A stretch of DNA of 64,000 nucleotides. It comes from the human T2T-CHM13v2.0 reference genome, Homo sapiens. How positions within the stretch are numbered: position 1 is the stretch's first letter; each line of letters starts with the position of its first letter. Position numbers and translations under genes: made by a program. Where the stretch lies: NCBI RefSeq assembly GCF_009914755.1, contig NC_060928.1; one strand, 5' to 3'. Shown piece by piece: positions 28,665 to 44,613 of this stretch. The notes below the pieces were generated by a model. It did no database searches and was not told the origin of the DNA. It saw only the letters and a list, made by a program, of their open reading frames with translations.

Positions 28665-30929
28665 TATACCATTTCAGAAGGAAGGGGCTTATTCTCTGAA
28701 AGGAATGGGCTATATCAAGGTGTGATTATGTATCATGATAGAATGTCCCCTGACCTCTTCAGCATTTTAAAAAATTAAACCATCATATATAACCTGAAAT
28801 AAGGCTTAAGTTAATGTTTAAGTCTTTTCTAGTTTCCTAGGATCAATAGTGGCAGCAGAGAAAAGGATGTCTTTCATTTGAAAGGAAGCCTCTATTAATG
28901 TGATTCTTTGTTTAATTGTTTCTAAAAGATAATTTCAACAAGTTCTGCACCAATTGCTTGCTTGTGAGTGATTTGTAGAAAGAAGGCTTGCACCTTATCC
29001 TTAGTGATAACTCCAAATAGCTTTCTAATACCCAGACTCTCACAGTTCTTAAAGAGCACAGTCCAGATTTTACAGCTGCACAATTTGAAGATCCTTTAAA
29101 TAACTGCATACGGTTTAAATATTATTTCTGGCATATCTGATGATTCGTATCCCTGCTCTGAATCACCAATAGACTCATTTGGCAGAACTGTAGATTTTAA
29201 AAGCAAAACCCTCCAGAGTCTGTAGGACCTGTGACTTTGCTCTAAAGGCATTTAAAATTCTCTGTTCTTTTTTGTGGTGGAGATAAAAATCTTTTTGAAT
29301 TAAATAAGCACACATTCTGGAAAACAGTATTGAAGAAATGATTTGTGTCTAGGCTCTGAACTATTTAAATATGAGTAGATGTGGTTACTGCTCTCAAGGT
29401 TATTGTCCTCTGTATATTTCAGCCTGAAATGTATTAAGAGAAGTACCTTCTGCCATATTTACTCTCATGTTCTTTGGTAGCTCTTTGTTGTCCTGGTACA
29501 ACTCCTGATATTTAAGAAGCCATGAAACACTTAGCACACTTGGCAGGAGACCTAAAATAATATTATGGACACTTAGAGTAGAACCTCAAGAACCAATTTG
29601 TCTAAGGTTTCCTGAAAGGTCAAAAGGAAATCTAGAAGGAGAATGAAAGACATCTCTATTTGCATATCATCGTTACAATTGTACATAAAAAGTATTCTTC
29701 ATGTTTCTTCTGATTGATCAAGCTTCAGAAACATACTCCCACCCACATATGCACATATACATAATCTTTATTTCACACGTCTATGAGGATGGTGCAGTGT
29801 CTTTTCATTTCATTAAGTTATTAGTCCTTCTACATGGAGTGGGTAGAGTCACAGAAAGGAAGTGAAACTGAAATCAATCCATTTGGTTTCTATTTTATTC
29901 TTAGTTTAATGAATACTTTCACCCTTACCCTAATTTCATCATCATTCTTTTCTATCTGAGGAAAGGAGCCACAGAGATTATAATTTAACTTTGATTCCAC
30001 CTGGGGCAAAACAATATTTTCTTTCATGTCTCCCTTCTCTTAGGGACACAGCAGAAAATGAGGATTGTTGTTCAAAGAACATAACCATTGGCCTAGTAAA
30101 GTTAATGGTACAACTAGGGTTTTCCAGAGTCACTGAAAGGGAAATGCTGCTGACAAGCACACTAATATTGGAAACAGTAGCTCCAGAGTAATAGCTACCT
30201 CCTGTTTTGTTGTGTTGGATCAAAAGGGCATGATATTGATGCTGTTTGTAAAAGAAGTTGCCTTTGTCTTTGCTGGGACTGTTCCAAGAGCAAAGAGAGA
30301 ATGAAAGCACTAAAAGGAAGTGACAGTGATGACTACAGACTCAACTGGCACAACTTCAAAACACTTTAGAGGATAGTGTTCCAAAGAGATATTGCAGTGA
30401 ATCTCCAGTAAGTGCTATACAAATAGATTTAGTGCTGCTCTACAGGAGGTAAAATAAGTCAGGGGAATAGAAAATGAATAAAAACACTAAAACCTCTTGT
30501 CAATAAGCTATTGCATGACACAACTAAACTACAGAATTGTAAGGCAACAGTATCCTCCAAATATGAAAATATCTCTGGGAGAGATCAGAGAGGCTGACGG
30601 ATGGCTCTTCAGCCTCCACTGGACACATATCTGATGAGGACGACTCCCTTCGTTGTGAGGCAGTCAACTTGATTCTTCGACTATTTATTTTTTATTTTTT
30701 ATTTTTTCAAAGCATATATATATATTTTTTATTAAAGTTTTAGGGTACATGTGCACATTGTGCAGGTTAGTTACATATGTATACATGTGCCATGCTGGTG
30801 CGCTGCACCCACCAACTCGTCATCTAGCATTAGGTATATCTCCCAATGCTATCCCTCCCCCTGCCCCCCACCCCACAACAGACCCCAGAGTGTGATATTC
30901 CCCTTCCTGTGTCCATGTGATTTCATTGT

Positions 30930-34752
<3,823 letters not shown>

Positions 34753-34815
34753 TATGATGTTAGCTGGTTATTTTGCTCGTTAGTTGATGCAGTTTCTTCC
34801 TAGTCTCCATGGTCT

Positions 34816-35830
34816 TTACATTTTGGCATGATTTTGCAGCGGCTGGTACCGGTTGTTCCTTTCCATGTTTAGCGCTTCCTTCAGGAGCTCTTTTAGGGCA
34901 GGCCTTGTGGTGACAAAATCCTCAGCATTTGCTTATCTGTAAAGTATTTTATTTCTCCTTCGCTCATGAAGCTTAGTTTGGCTGGATATGAAATTCTGGG
35001 TTGAAAATTCTTTTCTTTAAGAATGTTGAATATTGGCCCCCACTCTCTTCTGGCTTGTAGGGTTTCTGCTGAGAGATCCGCTGTTAGTCTGATGGGCTTC
35101 CCTTTGAGGGTAACCCGACCTTTCTCTCTGGCTGCCCTTAACATTTTTTCCTTCATTTCAACTTTGGTGAATCTGACAATTATGTGTCTTGGAGTTGCTC
35201 TTCTCGAGGAGTATCTTTGTGGCGTTCTCTGTATTTCCTGAATCTGAACGTTGGCCTGCCTGGCTAGATTGGGTAAGTTCTCCTGGATAATATCCTGCAG
35301 AGTGTTTTCCAACTTGGTTCCATTCTCCCCATCGCTTTCAGGTACCCTAATCAGACGTAGATTTGGTCTTTTCACATAGTCCCATATTTCTTGGAGGCTT
35401 TGCTCATTTCTTTTTATTCTTTTTTCTCTAAACTTCCCTTCTCACTTCATTTCATTCATTTCATCTTCCATCACTGATACCCTTTCTTCCAGTTGATCGC
35501 ATCGGCTCCTGAGGCTTCTGCATTCTTCACGTAGTTCTCGAGCCTTGGTTTTCAGCTGCATCAGCTCCTTTAAGCACTTCTCTGTATTGGTTATTCTAGT
35601 TATACATTCTTCTAAATTTTTTCAAAGTTTTCAACTTCTTTGCCTTTGGTTTGAACGTCCTCCCGTAGCTCAGAGTAATTTGATCGTCTGAAGCCTCCTT
35701 CTCTCAGCTCGTCAAAGTCATTCTCCATCCAGCTTTGTTCCATTGCTGGTGAGGAACTGCATTCCTTTGGAGGAGGAGAGGCACTCTGCTTTTTGGAGTT
35801 TCCAGTTTTTCTGTTCTGTTTTTTCCCCGT
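34816..35830 (-). pseudogene. L1 ORF1, disrupted
   Basis: Start codon mutated to ACG (35828-35830). Fragment 34893-35375 (KRPNLRLI...REKGRVTLKGKPIRLTADLS) is ORF1p and is frameshifted near its C-terminus. Confidence 0.93.
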
Positions 35831-36283
35831 CTTTGTGGTTTTATCTACTTTTGGTCTTTGATGATGGTGATGTGCACATGGGTTTTTGGTGTGGATGTCC
35901 TTTCTTTTTGTTAGTTTTCCTTCTAACAGACAGGACCCTCAGCTGCAGGTCTGTTGGAATACTCTGCCGTGTGAGGTGTCAGTGTGCCCCTGCTGGGGGG
36001 TGCCTCCCAGTTAGGCTGCTCGTGGGTCAGGGGTCAGGGACCCACTTGAGGAGGCAGTCTGTCCATTGTCAGATCTCCAGCTGTGTGCTGGGAGAACCAC
36101 TGCTCTCTTCAAAGCTGTCAGACAGGGACATTTAAGTCTGCAGAGGTTACTGCTGTCTTTTTGTTTGTCTGTGCCCTGCCCCCAGAGGGAGCCTACAGAA
36201 GCAGGCAGGCCTCCTTGAGCTGTGGTGGGCTCCACCCAGTTGGAGCTTCCTGGCTGCTTTGTTTACCTAAGCAAGCCTGGGCA

Positions 36284-36592
36284 ATGGTGGGCGCCCCTCC
36301 CCCAGTCTCGCTGCCGCCTTGCAGTTTGATCTCAGACAGCTGTGGTAGCAATCAGCGCGACTCCGTGGGCGTAGGACCCTCCGAGCCAGGTGCGGCATAT
36401 AATCTCGTGGTGCGTCGTTTTTCAAGCCCGTCGGAAAAGCGCAGTGTTCGGGTGGGAGTGACCCGATTTTCCAGGTGCCCTCTGTCACCCCTTTCTTTGA
36501 CTCGGAAAGGGAACTCCCTGACCCCTTGCACTTCCCAAGTGAGGCAATGCCTCGCCTTGCTTAGGCTCGCGCACGGTGCGCGCACCCACTGA
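36284..36592 (+). CDS. L1 antisense ORF0, open, 102 aa with an alternative C-terminus
   Basis: MVGAPPPVSLPPCSLISDSCGSNQRDSVGVGPSEPG...RVGVTRFSRC matches primate ORF0p. Translation at this locus is unproven. Confidence 0.55.
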   Translation: MVGAPPPVSLPPCSLISDSCGSNQRDSVGVGPSEPGAAYNLVVRRFSSPSEKRSVRVGVTRFSRCPLSPLSLTRKGNSLTPCTSQVRQCLALLRLAHGARTH

Positions 36593-37909
36593 CCTGCGCC
36601 CACTGTCTGGCACTTCCTAGTGAGATGAGCCCGGTACCTCAGATGGAAATGCAGAAATCACCGTCTTCTGCGTCTCTCACGCTGGGAGCTGTAGACCGGA
36701 GCTGTTCCTATTCGGCCATCTTGGCTCCTCCCTCCTCTTCAACTATTTTTAATTGGTAAATAATTTTCCTTTCATTGAAGAAATGTCTCTTTCTGTATCT
36801 CCTTATGGGTACTAATTCTGCTTGTTGGGGCTATGGGAGCCTCCACGGTCTTGCCCTTCACATTTTAAAAGCTGCCATTGTCTCTCCTTTTAGTCTTCCT
36901 TTAGGAAGGTAAATAGACTCAATCTGTTTCACCATTCTCTACATTGCATAATGTTCAAGCCTATGGTGCTGATATCTCTCTGAAAGGATGGCTTCCAGAA
37001 AGTGAGCAGATGTGATTTTACAGAGTGTGATAACCTCTCCTGAGTGTGGGTATGTTCTTATTATGTTAGCCTAAGTTTTCATTACTTAAAAATATATCTT
37101 CATATTTTTGGATAAAGTTGAGCTAAAGTGAAATAATGTTCACAGTTTTCTTTCATACAAACTATCTCTAACATAAAAGTATAGCAGAATATGCTTGTAA
37201 ATTAATGTTCTTAAGCTAAATTTAGGCCATTATATTGATCTCTGTTAAATTTTTTTTTTTTTTCATTTCATTGAGGAGAGTTTGAATTTTGATTGTTAAA
37301 CAAATGAAGCAATAAATCCACCATTTATTGACTCCCTTCTACATGCTAGATGCTGGTGTTAGAAATCACAAAATCTAATGGAAGTTTTATATCATAAACA
37401 TTTGATAAGGTTATTAAAGAGTTATAATAAAATATGTGACAAGTAGGACACTTGTATATTCTGTAGCCCAGAGAAAGTCTGTGAATTTTTAAAAATAAGT
37501 TAAATTATGATTCTTGAATTGAGTACTAATATATGAATAGGAGTTTCTCAGGATAAGTGGGTAAGACTACTATAAACAGGTGCTCAAATATTAAAAATGT
37601 ACAAATGTGAAAGAGTCAAATAAAAGAAACACTGAAAAGTATTCATTGGAGTTAGCAAGTTCATTGGCAACTTTAAGAGCAGTTTCATTGGAGTCATGAC
37701 TGCAACAATCAGGTTTCACAGTTAAGATCTGAACACTAAGTAAGGAAAATAGCTTTGAAAAAGCTTGGTTATAAAGTAATTTGCACATGGGAGTGAAGGT
37801 GGTGGTTTACAATAGAAGAAACCTGAGTTTGTATGAAAGCTGATAAGCAGCAGCCAGTTAGGAAGAGGGAACCTAGAGGAGCTAGAAGACACACCTGATA
37901 GGGCAAGGA

Positions 37910-38378
37910 TCAATTAGTTTTTGCTGCTTAGTTAACTACTCCAAAACTTTGTGGCTTAAAGCAACACATACTGATTATTTCTCACAAATCTGTAAACTGG
38001 GCAGTTATTTCGGTCTCAGCTGCTGAGATGGCCTCTGAGCTCAGCTGGTGGCTTGTCTGGGTTGAATTGTGTAAGAAGATCTCTTACGACTGACAGTTGG
38101 CTCAATATCAGCTGAGGCAATGACCAGGCCATGTGTCTATCATCATTCTACAGGCTAGCCTGGGATTATTCACTTGGAGATGGTGGTAGGATTCCCAAGT
38201 GCAGCAAGAGAAGGCAAATTTCAATGCCCAAGCTCTTTCCAAAACTCAGTTTGCATCACATTTGCTATTGTCCCAATGGCCACAGCATGTCTCATTGCCA
38301 AGTGGAGAATCACCATGTAAGGGTATGGATACTGGGGGATATGGATCATTGGAGATCATTGCTGCTACTGTTTATCAT
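37910..38378 (-). mobile_element. MLT1-type MaLR solo LTR nested in L2-like DNA
   Basis: attagtttttgctgcttagttaactactccaaaactttgtggcttaaagcaac...atttctcacaaatctgt...gggtatggatactgggggatatggatcattggag. Confidence 0.7.
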
Positions 38379-41240
38379 AGTAGAGATGAGATGTCTGTCT
38401 TATGAGAAGGGAGGCTTGGACAGACGGAAGGGCATAATGTAAGGATGGCTCTTAAGGTAGTTAACTCTGTGGGTAGGAGGGCATTAGGTTGAGGGAGTTT
38501 ATTACTCATAGCTTCTTTTTCCTCTTTGAAGTGGGAGACTGTGTCATCTCCTGGTATGAAGGGAGTAAAGATATGAAAGGGGATTTAAGGAGAGTCATGA
38601 AATACTTTCCCTAAAGTCTGAAATACTTTGAAATACTAGAGTCATGAAATACTTTGAAATATTAGAGAAAGGTGACAGAGTTGATCAGAGACGTGAAAAA
38701 TGATTGCCACTAAATATTGAAAGTCCTTTTTAAAATTTGAAAACCACAGAGTTGTAGTAGTGTCAGTCTAAAGGTTGTTTTCATTTTCTTCCAGCTGGGC
38801 TTAATAACTTTATTATAGAAATGGAGAAGATATAAGGTTGAATAGATCCAAGGTCGGAATTTTACAAGATAAGTGAGTGTTGTTGAGGTGGGACGCTTGG
38901 TATGGTATGGAACAAAACCAGGAGGGGGAGGCCATATGCTAAATAGAGTCAAGAGGTTTTTGGTCCTGACAAATTCAAAGTGCCAGTGTTGTGGGACACA
39001 GGGAACTGGAAAAGGGAAGTCCATGATCACCGTAGGCTGTTGGAGCTTATGCTCACAGAGATGAAGCAGTGCTGGATTAGCCATGAAGTAGGTTTTACTG
39101 AAGTGAGGTGTGGGTGAAGGTCATTCATGAGGAATGTAGTGGAGCAGGAAGGTTTATAGTATATGTAACATCCATGTGGATCTTGGAGTTTCTCAGGAAC
39201 AGGATAATAGGAGTTGAAATTAAAAGAAAGACTAAGAACCACCGGTTACAAACTCTATCACCCATGTCTAGGGAATGTTTTCAGACTGTCCTCTTCTTAG
39301 TGGAGATGATGGAGGCAACATAGGCCTTAGGTGAGACTTTTGTCTTTCTGTTTTCTGTAAATATTAGAAACCTTTTGTAAACAGTTGCTATTTCATTTCC
39401 TTTTGAGGGGTTTCCCTTTTATCAGAGTTTTAAAAGTCCTTTTGATGACTGAAATTTTTTCTAAGCCTCAGTGCATCTGGGTTTAAACCTTTGTTACATC
39501 TTTCCAACAGATGTAAGCTCCTCCCTTTCCTTCATTTATTTTCACATTAGTGCCCTTATTTCCAGCCTTTACATAGGTCGTTTTGAAATCTGAGTTCATC
39601 TGAAATGAACCCAGACATTGGCCCTAGATAATAATGTGGGGCAATGTAACTTGATTGATTTCTGTAAATGTATCTCAATTTTCTCATTCTTGGGACCACA
39701 TTCTCTTCTAGAATTTTTGCTCCTGGGCTGCTACCTGCTTTTTCTCTGAACTTAAAGAAAAAAAAAAAAAAAGGAAAAAATTTGCTTGCAAATTCTGGGG
39801 TTGATATCTGACAATGATAGCTTTCTTTACTTTTTATGCATGAAAAACGCACACATAATCAGTTTTTCCTAAAGCTTACAAAAAACCATAAACTTTGTAA
39901 TCAAATAGATCTAAATTTAATCCTAGCTTTACCATTTATTATTTGGGAATCAATGAGTAAGATATCCTTCAAATCTGAATTATTATTTATCAAATGGATG
40001 GAGGAATAAAACTGCTGTTCTTGTTGTGATAATAACCTGAAATAATGTAAATCTTCCATGTGTAAAGTCTGGCACAAAATAGACACAAAGTAAGTGTTAA
40101 TTGCCAACTCTGTTCTCAGTCTCGATCATTTATTTCTTATTAGTCAAATTTAAGTCCAGATATTATGTTTTTTCTAACTTTATAACTATTCTAAGTTAAA
40201 CTTCAATAAGATAAAAAAATGAAAAAATTTCAAGGACTGATAAATGTGAATGTAAAAGAGAGTAAAACATGTCATTAATTTTTTAGCCTTAAATTGATGC
40301 TTGGAAATATTATTGCAAGCATTACTACTACATTTGAAAGGACGCGTGGAATGATAGGAAAGGCCTAGGAAGACAATCCAGCTATAATATCTCCAAACAG
40401 ATTGCCACAGCTTCTGAAATTTTCTATACTTATTGAAGTTTAGACATTGTCTATGAAAACTACTATGAAATTAAAGCACGTTATCACCCATTATCAGGAA
40501 TTAGAGTATAATGCTTAACAATGAGTAAGGTTCTAGAAAAGAGGAGATGGGACATCAGATATATTTTTGAAGGAGAGGTAAAGGAGAAGTCTGAAGTATT
40601 TGACTTTGTGTAAGTGGAAAATATAATGGCTAAATACTATTGCCATTATCTGTGCTTCTTACTACAATTTAAGTAAATGTTAGAGTTTCTAGCTAAAATA
40701 TACAATTTTGAGGGGAAAGAAATGGTAGAAATGGAATTTTTTGGCAAAGTATCAGTGGTCTTGACCTTGCTCCTGGGTGGACAGGCAAGAGACCCCCTCC
40801 ACTACCTCTAAGATTTCATGTTTTTTCCTCTCCATGTTGAAATGTCTGTGAAACTATTAATTGTCCATCAAATAGAAAATAGATGAAACCTCACTATAAT
40901 AATAAAGCATTTGCTTCTGCTAATTTTTATGTGAAAATAGGATGTGTGATTATGGATCTTTAGACAATCTTGATTTGGGATCAAAGAGTACAACTCTGTC
41001 ATGAATTTGGAGCCAGAGTACCTGAGTGGAAAGCCTGGTGGGTTTCCTTGGCCAAATTACACCCTGATCTGCATCTTCCTCTTATGTAAAAGAAGGCAAA
41101 AACACTGGCTTTTAGGATAGCTGTGTAGGGTCTGTCTCATGGGTTTGGGGGCTGAGGTGGGAGTGATTGGGTGAGGCAGCAAGACCCTTGAACCCAGATG
41201 TCATTTTCTCAAAAGACCTCACATTGATCTCTCTCTCTCT

Positions 41241-41554
41241 TTCTTTTTTTTTTTGTTTTTGAGACAGGTTTTCACTCTGTCACCCAGGCTTGAATGCAGT
41301 GGTGACATCTCGGCTCACTGCAACCTCCACCTCTGAGGCTCAAGCCATCCTCCCATCTCAGCCTCCTGAGTAGCTGGGACTACAGGCACATGCCAAGACA
41401 CCTGGCTAATTTTTGTTATTTTGTTTTTTTTTTGGTAGAAATGGGGTTTTGCCATGTTGCTCAGGCTGGCCTTGAACTCCTGTGTTCGAGTGATCTGCCT
41501 GCTTCAGCCTCCCACAGCATTGGGATTACATGCATGAGCCTCCACGACCTGGCC
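41241..41554 (-). mobile_element. AluJ (Jb-like)
   Basis: gctcaagccatcctcccatctcagcc. Degenerate TSD acattgatct / acattaactt. Confidence 0.88.
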
Positions 41555-41631
41555 ACATTAACTTTTTTGATATCTCTAAAATAATTATTTTGTATTCAGT
41601 TGCAGGGATGTACTGACACAATTCAAAGAAC

Positions 41632-42096
41632 ATCTATTAGTTTGGATGAGGTTAGATTAGACTGTAGTAAAGAGGCCCAATAATAGCTGTGGTTAAAAGA
41701 AGAAAGACATTTTCTTTCTGACATAGCAGTTTCAAGGCAGTGTGCTGCTGTGGAATGCAGGGTCATTGAAGGATCCGGGTTCTTTCCATCATGTTTCTCT
41801 GTCATTTCTTAGTGCCCCACCATCTTCCATGGTTGAGATTGGATCACAGTGGTTTCCAAGAGTGGAAAGGAGAGAATGGAGTCAGCACACACATAGTCCT
41901 GTGGTCTCCCAGCTGTGTCACACAGCGCATTCACATTTCACATTCCTTTAGGGGGAATTTAGTTGCACAGGTCAGATTTATTGGGAAGGAGTGTGGGAAC
42001 TATGTAAGTAGAAAGCCTTGTCCAGCTGCAGTTCTCTCAGTTCTACCTAAAGGGAAGAACAGATTTTTTGGGGGACAGCTGATATTCTCTACCACA
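41632..42096 (-). mobile_element. Old MLT1-type LTR
   Basis: tattagtttggatgaggttagattagactgtagtaaagaggcccaataatagctgtggttaaa...gggaaggagtgtgggaactatgt. Confidence 0.55.
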
Positions 42097-42102
42097 AAAT
42101 AT

Positions 42103-42453
<351 letters not shown>

Positions 42454-43109
42454 TAGTGCACTATGAATATATTTTTAAAATTCTATGAATTATTTTAAAA
42501 ACAGCACTATTATAGTTTGTTGTTTGTATGCATGTTGAAAGTGAAAATTTGTGCCATTTAAATGTTAAAAATATATGATAATTTTTGTAACCTTAGTTTG
42601 AGATGTATTTACCTTTATATGTTGAGGAATTTAAAAATGGACATGACTCAGGCCTCAAATTCTGAGAAGACTTCTTTCTATGAAGATCAAAGCAATAACT
42701 AAAAATGGTTTTTAATCCATAAAGTGTCACACAAATGTGGGGTCTTCTGATTATCTTGCATTCCCGGTGTAGGGTAGGCTCAAATTTTACACCAACATTT
42801 CAAGCGCTTTGTTCGGGGGATGCCGCGGTGGGTCTCTAGGGGGTCAGGAGGATGGTGCTAAGGGCTGATGTGAGAGTGGGGATAGTTTCACAGAAGAGCA
42901 CTTGGCCTACTTCACAATTTCCCACCAAATGTTAACGCTATTTGTTGGTCTCTGATATTTCAAAATAAAATGAAAGGAGATAATATATTAGGAATGGTTT
43001 CATCCATTCTAGGACTTTCTTTTTATGAATTAGATGTGTCCATTTAGAAAGAATAAATTAGGGACAAACAATCACGGCAAAAATATTACGGATGAGGAGG
43101 AATGGGACC

Positions 43110-43332
43110 CAGAGCAGAGGGCAATGTTAAAAGGCTCAGGCAGACAGTACAAATCTGAATCTTGGCTCCACTCTTTATATTTTGAGTAGCCTAGGTAAGT
43201 AAATCTGCCTCTCATCTGTAAAATGAGGATAATGGTGTTTTGCTCATTGGCTTGGTGTGAGGATTAAATGAAAGCGTGCGTGCAAAAATGCCTCAAGTTG
43301 CTTCATGCAAATTAAATATTCAGTAAATGTAG
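43110..43332 (+). mobile_element. MIR
   Basis: ctcatctgtaaaatgaggataat...ggtgtgaggattaaatgaaagcgtg...tattcagtaaatgt. Confidence 0.75.
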
Positions 43333-43380
43333 ACTACTGTTTAACTCTCTGTATGAAGGTTCTCTAGAGGGACAGAACTA

Positions 43381-44247
43381 ATGGGAGATATATTATATAT
43401 ATGTGTATAAATATATATGTGAATATATATATTCACATATATATGTGAATGGGAGATATGTGAATATATATATTCACATATATATGTGAATGGGAGATAT
43501 GTGAATGGGAGAATATGTGAATGGGAGAATATATATATTCACACATATATATTCACATATATATGTGAATGGGAGATATTCACATATATATATCTCCCAT
43601 TCACATATATATATATGTTCACATATATATATGTTCACATATGTATATCTCCCATATATATATCTCCCATATATATATATCTCCCATATATATATATCTC
43701 CCATATATATATATCTCCCATATATATTTATCTCCCATATATATATATCTCCCATATATATATCTCCCATATATATATATCTCCCATATATATATATCTC
43801 CCATATATATATATCTCCCATATATATATATCTCCCATATATATATATCTCCCATATATATATATCTCCCATATATATATCTCCCATATATATATATCTC
43901 CCATATATATATATCTCCCATATATATATATCTCCCATATATATATATCTCCCATATATATATATCTCCCATATATATATATCTCCCATATATATATATC
44001 TCCCATATATATATATCTCCCATATATATATATCTCCCATATATATATCTCCCATATATATATCTCCCATATATATATATCTCCCATATATATATCTCCC
44101 ATATATATATATATCTCCCATATATATATATATCTCCCATATATATATATATCTCCCATATATATATATATATATCTCCCATATATATATATATATATAT
44201 CTCCCATATATATATATATATATATATATCTCCCATATATATATAAA
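43381..44247. repeat. Compound AT-rich minisatellite: about 34 units of (TA)nTCTCCCA preceded by GTGAATGGGAG/ATTCAC-type units
   Basis: Direct read of the sequence. Units are mostly 15-17 nt and lengthen toward the right end. Confidence 0.97.
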
Positions 44248-44257
44248 TGTAAACTTT

Positions 44258-44613
44258 GTAGAAAGTTTACAAAGGCCAGTGCAGGCTTAAAAATAAGTGT
44301 GTTATTCCAAATGAGTCAATGAAAATAGAAACATTAATTTACTTAACCAGAGATGTCTCAATCACAGGCTGAAAAGGTACTACCAAGAACCTTGAAAATG
44401 TATGGCTATGTAAACACTTCATCTAGCCTGATATAGCAATGCATATGATTCCATGAAACCTCTACCCAAGATATTTTAAAACACATTTTATTTATAACAA
44501 ATCCATTTCCAAGTAAGAAAACCAATAACTGGAGGATAAATGTGATATATTTTTTCTTTAAACTTAGATTAATCCCTGACTTTCTCTTCATATACATGTC
44601 ACAAGATGTATGA
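44258..44613 (-). repeat. Inverted copy (356 bp) of 45793-46148
   Basis: Reverse complement matches 45793-46148 with 2 substitutions by manual comparison. The ORF track shows the same peptide on opposite strands (44406-44597 minus, 45773-46000 plus). Confidence 0.97.

Noticed and set aside
29978-30310. 110-aa minus-strand ORF in unique DNA
   Set aside because: Non-ATG start, no recognisable domain, within chance expectation.
43647-44240. Regularly spaced repeat resembling a CRISPR array
   Set aside because: Spacers are just (TA)n rather than unique sequences, the DNA is primate, and there are no cas genes.
43474-44322. Six long ORFs (159-278 aa) rich in I, Y, H, P, G and W
   Set aside because: They are translations of the stop-free (TA)nTCTCCCA minisatellite in all frames, not genes.
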